Part shown: piece by piece, positions 10,552 to 20,417 of the stretch | Layout of the letters: every line of letters begins with the position of its first letter | How positions within the stretch are numbered: position 1 is the first letter of the stretch | Assembly: GCA_963848155.1 (NCBI GenBank) | Contig: CAWKCL010000007.1 | Coordinates: 431,002-495,001, forward strand | Direction: 5' to 3' | Origin: an uncultured delta proteobacterium | GTDB taxonomy: Bacteria > Desulfobacterota > Zymogenia > Zymogenales > Zymogenaceae | DNA: 64,000 nucleotides | Program-made: the position numbers and the translations under genes | Notes under the pieces: model-generated | Databases searched by the model: none | Told to the model about the DNA's origin: nothing | What the model saw: the letters and a program-made list of their open reading frames with translations, nothing else

Positions 10552-11364
10552 CTACTGCTTTATGAGTACCGCGTAAATATTGCTGTAAGTCAAGCGGTTG
10601 AAAACAGGAATATGGGAGCCGATCCGAATAAGCCGGCGAATAACCGTTACGGGAAATATTTCCAAAAGCCGGTAAGTAAACCGATTAATCATCACTGTCC
10701 CGCCGAGATAACCCGATTCAACAACTCTCAGATCACCCGGTAGTATGGACAGTATCTCATCCGGGGTAAAAAGGAAGAGGTGATCTTCGGCTTCCGGCCC
10801 GTACTGCCTCTTTTCTAATTCTGCACGTCGCTTTTGCTTCATTACCGATCCAAATGTCGGCAATTTCGTAAGCAGCCGTGAACCGTTCGGCGTTGTTAGA
10901 AGTATCATTCCCCCGGATTTAAGGACGCCGGTTAACCCGGCGAGTATAATTTCGGGATATGCACAATGTTCAATCAGCTCACCCAGGATTATCACATCAA
11001 ACGTATTGGGCATGAAACACGGGGTATCCAGATTTCCGCATATCCATGCGATCCTCCCGTGCTCGTATTTCATCTGCGAATAGCGAAGAAAGTCCCGCCT
11101 GATATCGACGGCTGAAACGGAAAACCCCCCCTCGGCAAGCATGAGTCCTAAATTACCCTGCGCACACGCAAAATCCCCTACTCTGAAGCCCTCACCTTCG
11201 GGATAGCCTCTTTTCACTATCTTAAGTACTGTATCTATCCTATCGATATACGACAGGCAATCCGGATGATGCGGCCGGAGATTGTCGATTTCGCGTGTGT
11301 CATATGCGCAGATTTTTTTTAACCCGTTTTCGAGATGAGTCAATAGGGATAGACTGTTTCTCAT
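10552..11364 (-). CDS. Class I SAM-dependent methyltransferase
   Basis: VGDFACAQGNLG (motif I) and ILGELIEHCAYP...VLKSGGMILLTTPNG. Convergent with the previous methyltransferase. Confidence 0.8.
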   Translation of the reverse strand: MRNSLSLLTHLENGLKKICAYDTREIDNLRPHHPDCLSYIDRIDTVLKIVKRGYPEGEGFRVGDFACAQGNLGLMLAEGGFSVSAVDIRRDFLRYSQMKYEHGRIAWICGNLDTPCFMPNTFDVIILGELIEHCAYPEIILAGLTGVLKSGGMILLTTPNGSRLLTKLPTFGSVMKQKRRAELEKRQYGPEAEDHLFLFTPDEILSILPGDLRVVESGYLGGTVMINRFTYRLLEIFPVTVIRRLIRIGSHIPVFNRLTYSNIYAVLIKQ

Positions 11365-11445
11365 AGGCGCTTCGTAGTTCAGCCTGACATGACACCGGCG
11401 GCGATATAAGGCCGGTAATCCCCAAGCATCCGACTCTCTTAGAGT

Positions 11446-12612
11446 CTATTTTGCTGTTTCTCCGCTCACCAGCGTTATCCTGACGATCTCCGGGTGCGTG
11501 AAGACGCGGACCGGCGGGCCCCACGTACCCAACCCGCTGGAGACATATACCTGCATCGAGTCGACCCGTCGGTACCCGTAATCCACGAGGTAGACCATCC
11601 GAGTGATGAAGTTGAGGGGGAACATCTGGCCATGATGGGAATGTCCCGACAGCATCAGGTCTATCCCGTAGCCCGAGTATTCCTTCATCCTGATGGGCGG
11701 GTGAAACATCAGGATCGTTGGGAGATTCGGGTCCCCCTGTTTCATAAGCGCCGGTACCGACGCCTCTTCTTTCTTGCCGAACCTGATGTCGGCGGGGTCG
11801 TCCAACCCTATGAGGTTGACCAGGCCCGGCAGCGTCACCGCCTCGTCCCGTAGCACGCGTATCCCCGCCGACTTCATGAATCTCTCCGCCTTCTCGTGGC
11901 CCGCGTAGAACTCGTGGTTGCCCAGCACCGCGTAGATCCCCCGCGGCGCTTTGAGCCCCGCGAGAATCTCGGGCATGTGATCCAGCCCCTCCACGCTCTC
12001 GTCCAGCAGGTCTCCCCCAATGAGGATCACATCCGGCTTCTGTTCGTTGATCTTGTTTACGAAGGCCGTAAGGCGCTTCTCGTGGATGATAAGCCCCAGG
12101 TGCACGTCAGAAACATAAACGATCGTCGTGGGATTGTGCGCCTTTGAAAGAGCCGGCAGCGCCACGTCAAGCGGCTTTACCCTCAGGAAGAGCGTATTGA
12201 CCCACCCGAGGAGGAGGATGAGCGCTACCAGCCCGATCGACCCGAAGAAGACGATCCTTCCAAAGAAAACCCGGTTTGCTGTGAGTTTTGCGGGGATGAG
12301 GGGGACGAAGATCTGGGCCAGGCGTACGATATCTGAGGCAAACGCGATCAAAAAGAAATAGAGCATCGCCCCCATCCAGACCGACCCGACGATCGTCAGG
12401 ACGTTGCACATCTGGCAGTAGGATGTATTCCTGAAAAAGATGCTCACCGGGAATGCCAGGACGACCGCGGCAAACAGGATCTTCAGGGAGATGACCCACC
12501 TCCCCTCCCCGGACAGCGCCGCAAACCCGCGAAAATAGATGTAGGTATTGATCAGCGTATAGACCGAGATGGCGACGATCAGGAAGATAACGAAGGCCTT
12601 CGTGCTCTGCAT
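11446..12612 (-). CDS. Membrane-anchored metallophosphoesterase (calcineurin-like, YkuE-like)
   Basis: N-terminal TM helices followed by the VSDVHLG, GGDLLD and GNHEFY phosphoesterase motifs. Confidence 0.8.
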   Translation of the reverse strand: MQSTKAFVIFLIVAISVYTLINTYIYFRGFAALSGEGRWVISLKILFAAVVLAFPVSIFFRNTSYCQMCNVLTIVGSVWMGAMLYFFLIAFASDIVRLAQIFVPLIPAKLTANRVFFGRIVFFGSIGLVALILLLGWVNTLFLRVKPLDVALPALSKAHNPTTIVYVSDVHLGLIIHEKRLTAFVNKINEQKPDVILIGGDLLDESVEGLDHMPEILAGLKAPRGIYAVLGNHEFYAGHEKAERFMKSAGIRVLRDEAVTLPGLVNLIGLDDPADIRFGKKEEASVPALMKQGDPNLPTILMFHPPIRMKEYSGYGIDLMLSGHSHHGQMFPLNFITRMVYLVDYGYRRVDSMQVYVSSGLGTWGPPVRVFTHPEIVRITLVSGETAK

Positions 12613-12751
12613 CGGCGGTTCCTGTTCAATATAAAGAAAAAGTATTATACTATACTCTCGTCGGCACCGTTATCAAAATCGACGGGCGCGGGAACAAAAC
12701 GCCCACGCCCCTGTCAATACCCGTTAGAAACCAAATTACAGGAGTGGATAC

Positions 12752-14875
12752 ATGAATATACGACGCTTCCTTTTAGCAGCCCTGGCGCTACCTCTGGCAT
12801 TACTCATCGCGCCGGGCTTGGCGATTGCCGACGGGATTATCATAATCGATCCGCCGCCCCATCCGCCCAAACCGATCGTGCCCCTCGAGGTGAAGTACCA
12901 CAAAGTAACCGTGGAGATCGACAACCAGGTTTCCACCACCCACATCGATGAGGTCTTCGTCAATCCCAACAATATGGACCTGGAGGGGACATTCATTTTT
13001 CCCCTGCCTGAGCGGGCCTCGTTTTCCGACCTTGATATGTACATCGACGGGAAGAAGGTCGAGGGAAAGATACTGGACGCCAATGAAGCCCGAAAGACCT
13101 ACGAGGATATCGTCAGGCGGCTCAAAGACCCGGCCCTTCTCGAATACGTGAACCGCAACACCTTCAAGCTCCGGGTCTATCCGATCCCCGCCCACGGGGA
13201 AAAACGCATCGAGATAACCTACACCGAAACCCTCACGTACGATTTTTCGACCGTCAGGTACGTGTACCCTCTCAATACCGAGAAGTTCTCGTCGGCCCCC
13301 CTGCACGAGGTCTCCCTGGATGTGTCGATCAAATCGTCTGCTCCCGTTACCACCGTCTACTCCCCGTCCCACGAGATAGACATCGCCCGAAAGGGAGACC
13401 GGGAGGTCAGGCTTTCCTACGAGGATAAAAACGTGTTGCCCGACCGGGACTTCGTCCTCTACTATACCCTTTCCGATAAGGAGGTGGGCCTATCGCTGAT
13501 TACCTACAAAGACCGCCGCGGCCCCGGATATTTCATGCTCCTTATTTCCCCCCGGCAGGATATTGACCCGTCGGACGTCGTCCCCAAAGACGTGACGTTC
13601 GTGCTGGATACCTCCGGCAGCATGAAGGGGGAAAAGCTCGTTCAGGCCAAGGACGCCCTGAAATACTGTATCGGGGCCCTCAACACCCGTGACCGCTTCA
13701 ATATCATCCGCTTTTCCACCGACACGGAAAAGTTCCGCTCGGGGCCGGTCTCGCCCGACCGGGCCAACCGGGACGCCGCGTTTGAGTTTATCGACGGCAT
13801 AGTGGCCCGCGGCGGGACCAACATCAACGACTCGCTGACCGAGGCGCTGGCCGGCGCCCCGGACAGGAATCGGCCCCGCATCATCGTCTTTATCACCGAC
13901 GGCGATCCGACCGTCGGGATTACCGATATCGGCTCCATAATCAAGAATGTCGCCGCCGCAAACCGCGCGAAGGCCCGGATATTCGTCTTCGGCGTCGGGG
14001 AGGATATCAACACGCACCTCCTTGACCGGATATCCTCGGGCAACCATGGAACGTCTGAATATGTCACGCCGACCGAGAATATCGAATCGGTCGTCTCCGG
14101 CTTCTTCACCAAGATCAACGACCCCGCGATGACCAACCTCGTGCTGAAGTCGAGCCGCGTAAAGCTCAAGGACTACTACCCGGTAACGCTGCCCGACCTC
14201 TTCGCCGGCTCCCAGGTCACCGTGGTCGGAACGTACGAGGGATCCGGGCCCTCCACCATCACCCTTTCGGGGACTACGGGGACGCGCGAAACGGTATTTG
14301 AGTATCCGGTAAACTTCTCCGAACGCGACGCAAAGAGCGACTTTCTCCCCCGCGTCTGGGCCAACCGGAAGGTGGCCTATCTGCTTGACGAGATCAGGCT
14401 GAACGGAGAAAACAAGGAGCTGGTCGACGAGATCAAGGACCTGGGCATGACCTTCGGCATCGTAACGCCTTACACGAGCTTCCTGGTGCTGGAAGACAGG
14501 GAACAGGGATTTGAGGCCCCGTCACCGGCGGCCCGGGATGACCTCGATATGATGTCGGGAAGCGGGATGCTGAAGGAAGAACGGGGCGGGTTTGCCACGA
14601 AGTCATCCGAAGCGGTGAGGGACATGAAGGAAAAGACGTTCGTGGACACCCCCAAGCTGATGAGCATCAAGCAGGTGGGCGACCGGACGTTCCTGCTGCG
14701 CGATAAAATATGGATCGACTCCGCGTATATCGAAGGGACAAGAACGACCGATCTCTCGTTTGATTCCGACGCCTACTGGAAGCTCATCGGCGACCATCCG
14801 GATATCGGGAAATTCCTGGCCCTCGGCAACAGCGTGATCTTCACCTACGACAGCGTATGGTACCGGGTGAAGTAG
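12752..14875 (+). CDS. Secreted VIT (vault/inter-alpha-trypsin) plus von Willebrand factor A domain protein
   Basis: 707 aa. Signal peptide MNIRRFLLAALALPLALLIAPGLAIA. VIT-like N-terminal region and vWA MIDAS motif DTSGSM. Confidence 0.8.
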   Translation: MNIRRFLLAALALPLALLIAPGLAIADGIIIIDPPPHPPKPIVPLEVKYHKVTVEIDNQVSTTHIDEVFVNPNNMDLEGTFIFPLPERASFSDLDMYIDGKKVEGKILDANEARKTYEDIVRRLKDPALLEYVNRNTFKLRVYPIPAHGEKRIEITYTETLTYDFSTVRYVYPLNTEKFSSAPLHEVSLDVSIKSSAPVTTVYSPSHEIDIARKGDREVRLSYEDKNVLPDRDFVLYYTLSDKEVGLSLITYKDRRGPGYFMLLISPRQDIDPSDVVPKDVTFVLDTSGSMKGEKLVQAKDALKYCIGALNTRDRFNIIRFSTDTEKFRSGPVSPDRANRDAAFEFIDGIVARGGTNINDSLTEALAGAPDRNRPRIIVFITDGDPTVGITDIGSIIKNVAAANRAKARIFVFGVGEDINTHLLDRISSGNHGTSEYVTPTENIESVVSGFFTKINDPAMTNLVLKSSRVKLKDYYPVTLPDLFAGSQVTVVGTYEGSGPSTITLSGTTGTRETVFEYPVNFSERDAKSDFLPRVWANRKVAYLLDEIRLNGENKELVDEIKDLGMTFGIVTPYTSFLVLEDREQGFEAPSPAARDDLDMMSGSGMLKEERGGFATKSSEAVRDMKEKTFVDTPKLMSIKQVGDRTFLLRDKIWIDSAYIEGTRTTDLSFDSDAYWKLIGDHPDIGKFLALGNSVIFTYDSVWYRVK

Positions 14876-14889
14876 AATCACTCATCACG

Positions 14890-14923
14890 AAAAAGGCCGG
14901 GCTTCCTCGCCCGGCCTTTTTTT
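14890..14923. terminator. Bidirectional rho-independent terminator between the VIT-vWA gene and marR
   Basis: GGCCGGGC-ttcctc-GCCCGGCC hairpin flanked by an A-run (14890..14894) and a T-run (14917..14923). Confidence 0.75.
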
Positions 14924-14939
14924 GTCTCGCGGCATCGCG

Positions 14940-15377
14940 TTATCGCATCATGAAGGCGACCTTTTTCAGAATGCGGTAGATTTCCTCTTTTTCCGAAATC
15001 GGAAGCTCTTTTAGTTCCTCGAAGAGCTTCGTGCGGCATCCCAAAGGCACCGCCTTGATGATCTGCTCTCCCTTGGTTGTCAGGGAAACGATAACCCGGC
15101 GGGAGTCCGCGGGATCTTTCGTTTTCAGCAGGAATCCCTTGGTGCTCAGCCGGTTGGCATACCCCTCGACGGTGGTGATATGAAGACGCGTGAGCGTGGC
15201 CAGCTCGCCGAGGGAAGTTTCCGGGTTTTCACTGACCGCCCGCAGGATTTCCAGCTGCGGGGCGGTTACCGAGTAGCCGTCTTCCAGCAGCTTTCTCGTG
15301 TACGATTTCTCGATGGCGTCAAAATCGTCCAGAAGCCGGGAAATCAGATAGTAGACGTTCTCTTCACTGATATCCAT
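14940..15377 (-). CDS. MarR family transcriptional regulator
   Basis: 145 aa. Winged HTH (...LTAPQLEILRAVSENPETSLGELATLTRLHITTV...) typical of MarR. Confidence 0.8.
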   Translation of the reverse strand: MDISEENVYYLISRLLDDFDAIEKSYTRKLLEDGYSVTAPQLEILRAVSENPETSLGELATLTRLHITTVEGYANRLSTKGFLLKTKDPADSRRVIVSLTTKGEQIIKAVPLGCRTKLFEELKELPISEKEEIYRILKKVAFMMR

Positions 15378-15474
15378 GATTTATTACTTACGTTGCTGTC
15401 CGCACCGGTCGAGAGATATACGTGAAACGAGACCGCCGCGTGATTAATGGGTGTTCATCCTCGGGCAAAACGCC

Positions 15475-15960
15475 CTATAGCTGTTTGATATACTCCATCA
15501 GATCGACCATTTCCTGTCGGGGCACGTCAAAGCGCGGCATCTCGTTAGAAAGCGCCTTGCCGCCGGGGCGCTCACCCCATTTGACCAATCCGGTAAATTT
15601 CTCGACCGACGTCTCAACGATCGGTCCCTTGACGGACCGCCTGATATTCGGCGGTACGGTGGTCAGCCCCTTGACCGGTTCTCCCCCGCGGCCGTCTTGC
15701 CCGTGGCATACCACACACCCCCCGCCCTCTGTCACGTACCAGCCCGGCCCGCCCGATATCGGGATCATCTTGCCGGCGAGATCCATCCCCTTCTCGTAGA
15801 TCGATCCGCCGTTGACAAGATCGGGCTCCCCTCCCCCTGGGTCCAGCGCATTGCGAGCCTCCCTGTTGATACTACACATCTGGATAGAAAGATAGGCCAG
15901 CATCCCGATAAGAATAACGAGAAGTACAACGAGATAGACCATAAGTCTTCGGGATTCCAT
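15475..15960 (-). CDS. Membrane-anchored mono-haem c-type cytochrome
   Basis: N-terminal TM helix and a single CVVCH (CxxCH) haem-binding motif. Confidence 0.6.
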   Translation of the reverse strand: MESRRLMVYLVVLLVILIGMLAYLSIQMCSINREARNALDPGGGEPDLVNGGSIYEKGMDLAGKMIPISGGPGWYVTEGGGCVVCHGQDGRGGEPVKGLTTVPPNIRRSVKGPIVETSVEKFTGLVKWGERPGGKALSNEMPRFDVPRQEMVDLMEYIKQL

Positions 15961-15962
15961 GT

Positions 15963-16784
15963 TCAGGCCTCCTCGACCAAAAACGTCCGTTGCACGATTT
16001 CGAGGATGACCGGGTGTATCCTTACCGGCGCGGCAATGACGCCGCCGCCGTTCAGGTAGTTATCCGTACCGGAAAAATCCGTCACGATCCCCCCCGCCTC
16101 GGTTACAATCAGCGACCCGGCCGCCATATCCCATATCGAGAGTTTCGGCTCCCAGAAACCGTCGGCCCGTCCCGCCGCCGTATAACAGAAATCCAGCGCC
16201 GCCGACCCGAGGCGCCTGATCCCCGCGCAGATGCCGAATATCTCCCTGAAGCCCGCGAGGTATGGTTCCAGTTGCCGCCGGACCTGGTGAGGAAAGCCGG
16301 TTATGACAATCGATTGCGAAAGCTCTGACACGTCATTGACCCGTATCGGTCGGTCGTTGAGGAAGGCCCCGCCGCCCCTGACCGCCGTAAACAGCTCGTT
16401 TCGCGTCGGATCGAAGACGACCCCAACCTCAACGGCACCGTTACGCATGTAGGCAATCGACACCGAAAAAATGGGAAGAGATGACATGTAGTTTATCGTG
16501 CCGTCCAGCGGATCAACCACCCAGAGGGACTCTTTGCTGCCGGACAGGAGACCGCCCTCCTCTGCCAGAAACGAGTGATCGGGATGCCGGGAGAGGACAA
16601 TCCCCCGTATCGTATCCTCCGAGTCCCGGTCGACCTGGGTTACGTAGTCCATTTCTCCTTTTCCCGTAATACCGCCCGGCCGTCCGGCGTTCATACGGGA
16701 AACAAGGAGATTTCCGGCCTCCCGCGCCGCGTAAACGGCGGTCTCGAGGATATTCTTCGTATCAATCGCCATGCGTTCGTCCAA
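15963..16784 (-). CDS. suhB: Inositol monophosphatase family protein (SuhB-like)
   Basis: IMPase motifs VVDPLDGT and WDMAAG. Confidence 0.85.
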   Translation of the reverse strand: MDERMAIDTKNILETAVYAAREAGNLLVSRMNAGRPGGITGKGEMDYVTQVDRDSEDTIRGIVLSRHPDHSFLAEEGGLLSGSKESLWVVDPLDGTINYMSSLPIFSVSIAYMRNGAVEVGVVFDPTRNELFTAVRGGGAFLNDRPIRVNDVSELSQSIVITGFPHQVRRQLEPYLAGFREIFGICAGIRRLGSAALDFCYTAAGRADGFWEPKLSIWDMAAGSLIVTEAGGIVTDFSGTDNYLNGGGVIAAPVRIHPVILEIVQRTFLVEEA

Positions 16785-16839
16785 CTGTTTCTCTTATCCT
16801 ACCATAGTATCGGTTCGGAGCAAAGAACGATTCTTTTTC

Positions 16840-16867
16840 TTGTAATTGACCGCGTGTACGGTATAAT
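16840..16867 (+). promoter_or_regulatory. Near-consensus sigma70 promoter (-35 TTGTAA, 16 nt, -10 TATAAT) followed by an AGGAGG RBS
   Basis: Read directly. The RBS at 16875..16880 sits 6 nt before the ATG at 16887. Confidence 0.55.
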
Positions 16868-16886
16868 ACGCAAGAGGAGGTATTCC

Positions 16887-17183
16887 ATGAAAAAGATCAT
16901 CGATCATATCGACGAGAAGACTACTGCTGTCCTCGCGGGTCTGAAAGACGAATTTACCGCCGCGGATTACGTTGCGGCGTTTCGCGAAAAATACGCCTCG
17001 GACTGGAAACGGCTTGAAGAGCGCCTTTCCGCGGATGAAAAGAGCTCCGCTTTCAGCGAATGGAAACGGGGGCCTATGCCGACCCCCGAAAAATATCTTG
17101 CCAATGCCCTCAAGGATTTCGCAAAGAAAAACGAAAAGTCCCTCCACAAGGTTTCAAACGACCATTTCAAGAAGAAATCGTAA
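16887..17183 (+). CDS. Small hypothetical protein (98 aa, Lys/Glu-rich, predicted helical)
   Basis: ATG with an ideal RBS and promoter. The ORF-track ORF 16575..17183 extends upstream across the suhB start, but the real start is most likely 16887 (MKKIIDHIDEK...). Confidence 0.6.
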   Translation: MKKIIDHIDEKTTAVLAGLKDEFTAADYVAAFREKYASDWKRLEERLSADEKSSAFSEWKRGPMPTPEKYLANALKDFAKKNEKSLHKVSNDHFKKKS

Positions 17184-17227
17184 CACCGGCCGCCCAACCG
17201 TAAGGACATCGCCACCCGCGTTTGTCC

Positions 17228-18409
17228 CTATACGATAATTCCGTCGGTACGAAGCCGCTCGATTTCATCCTGAGAGATGCCGATCATCGAGAGTATCTCG
17301 TCGTTATGCTGCCCCATGATCGGCGGCGGCGTAATATCGGTCGCCTCGGTCTCGGAAAACTTGATCGGCACCCCGATCGCCTTGAGGATGCCCTCGGTCG
17401 GATGATCCATCTGGACGATCATCCCGCGGGCGATCGCGTGAGGATCGTGCTCGACCTCGTCGATCGAAAGCACCGCGTCGCACATGGACTCCTCCCCGCG
17501 GAGAAGGTCCACCCATTCCTGCATCGTCCTGCTTGCGAAAAGTCCGGCGACCTCTCCATGGAGCTGCTCATATTCCTTCCCGGTAACGAACTGCTTATCG
17601 GTCCATTCGGGTTTTTCAACCAGCTCGCAGAATCGCTTCCAGAACTTGAACTCGAGGGCGCCCATCGTCATGTATCGATCGTCTTTTGTGCGGTATATGT
17701 CATAGCATACCAGCGCACCCGAAAGAAAGGTATTACCGCGGTCAGGCAGCCCGCCCCCCGCCTTGTAATTGGCAAAGATCATCCCCATGAACGGGAGGAT
17801 TCCGTCGAACATCGATACGTCTACCTCCTGGCCTTTTCCGGTGGTCGTGCGCGCAATGAGGGCCGAGAGTATACCGATGACCGACATCAATCCTCCCCCC
17901 GCCACGTCGGCCACCTGGATGCCGGGAACGACGGGGGCCCCCTTTTTCGGGCCGATGATGTCGGTGATTCCGGCAAGCCCCATATAGTTGAGGTCGTGAC
18001 CGGGGAGATCGGCGTAGGGACCGGTCTGTCCGAACCCGGTTATGGAGCAGTAGATGACGCGCGGATTGACCTTCTTGGCCTTTTCGTATCCCAGTCCCAT
18101 CTTCTTGAGGACCCCGGGACGGAACTGCTCGACAACGACGTCCGATTTTTCCACGAGCCGAAAGAAGATCTCTTTTCCCCTGTCCGACCGCAGGTCAAGG
18201 GCTAAACTCTTCTTGTTGCGGTTGACCGCAATGTAGCCCGCGCCTTCCTTGTTGTAGGTCGGCGGGAAAAAGCGAATGTAGTCGGGAGAGTTCTTGTCCT
18301 CCACCTTGATGACCTCCGCGCCGAGGTCACCCAGAAGCTGCGTACCGAATGGACCGGGGTACAGCCTGGTGAGATCAATAATCCGTACGCCTGAAAGCGG
18401 CCCAGCCAT
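17228..18409 (-). CDS. CoA-transferase family III (CaiB/BaiF/formyl-CoA transferase family)
   Basis: 393 aa. N-terminus MAGPLSGVRIIDLTRLYPGPFGTQLLGDLGAEVIKVE is diagnostic for family III CoA-transferases. Confidence 0.85.
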   Translation of the reverse strand: MAGPLSGVRIIDLTRLYPGPFGTQLLGDLGAEVIKVEDKNSPDYIRFFPPTYNKEGAGYIAVNRNKKSLALDLRSDRGKEIFFRLVEKSDVVVEQFRPGVLKKMGLGYEKAKKVNPRVIYCSITGFGQTGPYADLPGHDLNYMGLAGITDIIGPKKGAPVVPGIQVADVAGGGLMSVIGILSALIARTTTGKGQEVDVSMFDGILPFMGMIFANYKAGGGLPDRGNTFLSGALVCYDIYRTKDDRYMTMGALEFKFWKRFCELVEKPEWTDKQFVTGKEYEQLHGEVAGLFASRTMQEWVDLLRGEESMCDAVLSIDEVEHDPHAIARGMIVQMDHPTEGILKAIGVPIKFSETEATDITPPPIMGQHNDEILSMIGISQDEIERLRTDGIIV

Positions 18410-18418
18410 CTGTTCCTC

Positions 18419-19186
18419 CTATTGGGTGATGAGGTTTTCTCGTATACGACCGATCTGATCCGAAGGGATACCGAGGATCTTCGTAGTATAGTAATCCATT
18501 CCACCGTATTCGTCAAAATACCGCACGATGATCTCCCCCCACTCCTGCTTGAGTAAGGCATGGTGCTTGTTGGAAAGCAGGTAATCAGAAACGACGTCGG
18601 GGCCCGACACGGCCAGCGTAAGCAGGATTAACTGCGCGGCAACATCGACCTCGTTGACACCGTCCTCGTCAAAGATGACCATCGGCAGGTTTCCTTTATC
18701 GGCAAGGAGCGCCAGCAGGCCGATGAGGCTCTCCCTGCTGTTGACGATCATCCGTTTGTAGTAGTCGTTCCTATCTTTGAGGGGGTCTGCCCGCATCGGA
18801 AGCCGCCTCACCTCAATTGCGCCGCCGGAAAGCTCCTCGATTCGGGAGGACTCGCCCCCCTCGACCCTCAGGTCAACGACGGTCACGATGCCCAGCCGTT
18901 TAAGGTCCTCGGAACCTTCTTTCGAGATTTTCGAAAGGTCACCTGAGCGGAAGAGGACGCCGCTCTTCACCATGCCATCACCCACCGAGTATCCCCCCAT
19001 ATCACGGAAGGTAGGGATCCCGTTTACCTCGACCCATCTTCCATCTTGCGCCGCGGCCGGACATACCGGGAACACAAAAAGGATTACGGCGGCCAACAGC
19101 GTCCTCCAAAGAACCAGGCTCCTAATCCCGCCGCTCCCGTATTCCAGCGGCGGTTTTATTGATGAGATAGTCCTGACCGTTACCAT
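18419..19186 (-). CDS. Secreted tyrosine-phosphatase-like (Y_phosphatase3-like) protein lacking the catalytic Cys/Arg (probable pseudo-phosphatase)
   Basis: Signal peptide LLAAVILFVFPVCPAAA. GVLFRSGDL and TVVDLR blocks resemble Y_phosphatase3. The expected HCxAGKDRTG P-loop reads IFDEDGVNEVD. Confidence 0.45.
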   Translation of the reverse strand: MVTVRTISSIKPPLEYGSGGIRSLVLWRTLLAAVILFVFPVCPAAAQDGRWVEVNGIPTFRDMGGYSVGDGMVKSGVLFRSGDLSKISKEGSEDLKRLGIVTVVDLRVEGGESSRIEELSGGAIEVRRLPMRADPLKDRNDYYKRMIVNSRESLIGLLALLADKGNLPMVIFDEDGVNEVDVAAQLILLTLAVSGPDVVSDYLLSNKHHALLKQEWGEIIVRYFDEYGGMDYYTTKILGIPSDQIGRIRENLITQ

Positions 19187-20417
19187 TGAAAACTCTCCTT
19201 GACAATTCGATTGAGCGTATCCTGTTTTTGTTCCATTTCCGCCAAGAGCCGAAACTGGGTCCGCGCCCGATCAAGGTTATGATCGGGCCTGTCGGTCCTG
19301 AAATAGACGTCTCCCGACAGGTAGTCCGTCAGGAATCTCACCCCCGTCTCCAACGTAATGACCAGGCATGCCGTTACCAGGAGCTCACGCTCCGATTGTG
19401 AGAGCGATAGCCCGCACCCGCCCGATCGCCCCACAAAACCGTCCACGATCGCCTCGAAGATCTCCAGATCGACGTGAACGGCGTCCAGATTCGTTTCGTC
19501 TTCCGGGCTGCGGCATACAGAGCTTCTCACCAGGTCGCCGAAGTCAAAGAGCGGCGATCCCGGCATAACCGTGTCCAGATCGATAACGCACAGTGCCCTT
19601 GGATTCTCGGCCCGATTATCGTTGAAGACGACGTTATTAATCTTCGTATCGTTGTGGGCTATCCTCAACGGGATTTCGCCCCTGTCGAGGGGTCCGGTGA
19701 TTGCCCCGCACAGGTCCTCCCGGACAAAACGCCGAATCGATCTCACCGGCCGCATTGCGTGTCCTCCCGCGTGGGTCACCGGTAACGGCCTCACGCAGCC
19801 GAAGAAAACGGGCGGGAGTATTATGGAAATCCTTGATGGTGACGTGGAAGCTATCGGCGTCCATTTCCTTGAGATGATCGGCTAAAGCGCCTGAAAGCGC
19901 CGGCCGCCTCCCGCGCTATCAATAATCCTGCCCTGCCATCCGGCACCCGGCTGTACGTGATTCCCTCGACGTAATGATAGCATCGCCAATACGCCCCATC
20001 ATCGTCCCGATAGTATGAATCCCCACTTCTGGTCGGTACGAGCATGAGCGCCGGAATATCTCTACTAGCCGCCGCTTTCCCGGGCCTTTGTACGATCGCC
20101 CCGGTGATCATCCCGATATTGTGCATGATAAGATCCGGACGGGGGAAAACTGCACCGTTGATACGCTGCAGGGTGTACCGTTTACTCCCTCCACCTGCCC
20201 TGATCGCGGCAATAAAGGTGTCGTTGATATGCCCGGCCTTACACGGGCTGACGTCGGTGACATCGCCGCCGAGACCGAACTGGTCCAGGATATTATGGAG
20301 CTGCTGGATCGTCTGGTTCATCCGGTAAGCTGCTGAGGATATATCCCTGCCGCTATCATCCGGGATATCTCGGCCGTTACCACCTGCCTGTCCTCGGGAT
20401 GGGTCATGCCGAACCAC
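19180..20417 (-). CDS. APH-family sugar/anomeric kinase (AmgK/NahK-like), split into two frames near 19794..19851
   Basis: N-terminal ORF has the GHINDTF nucleotide-binding region. C-terminal ORF has the catalytic HNDTKINNV and IDLD Brenner motifs. Different frames (apparent frameshift). Confidence 0.6.
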
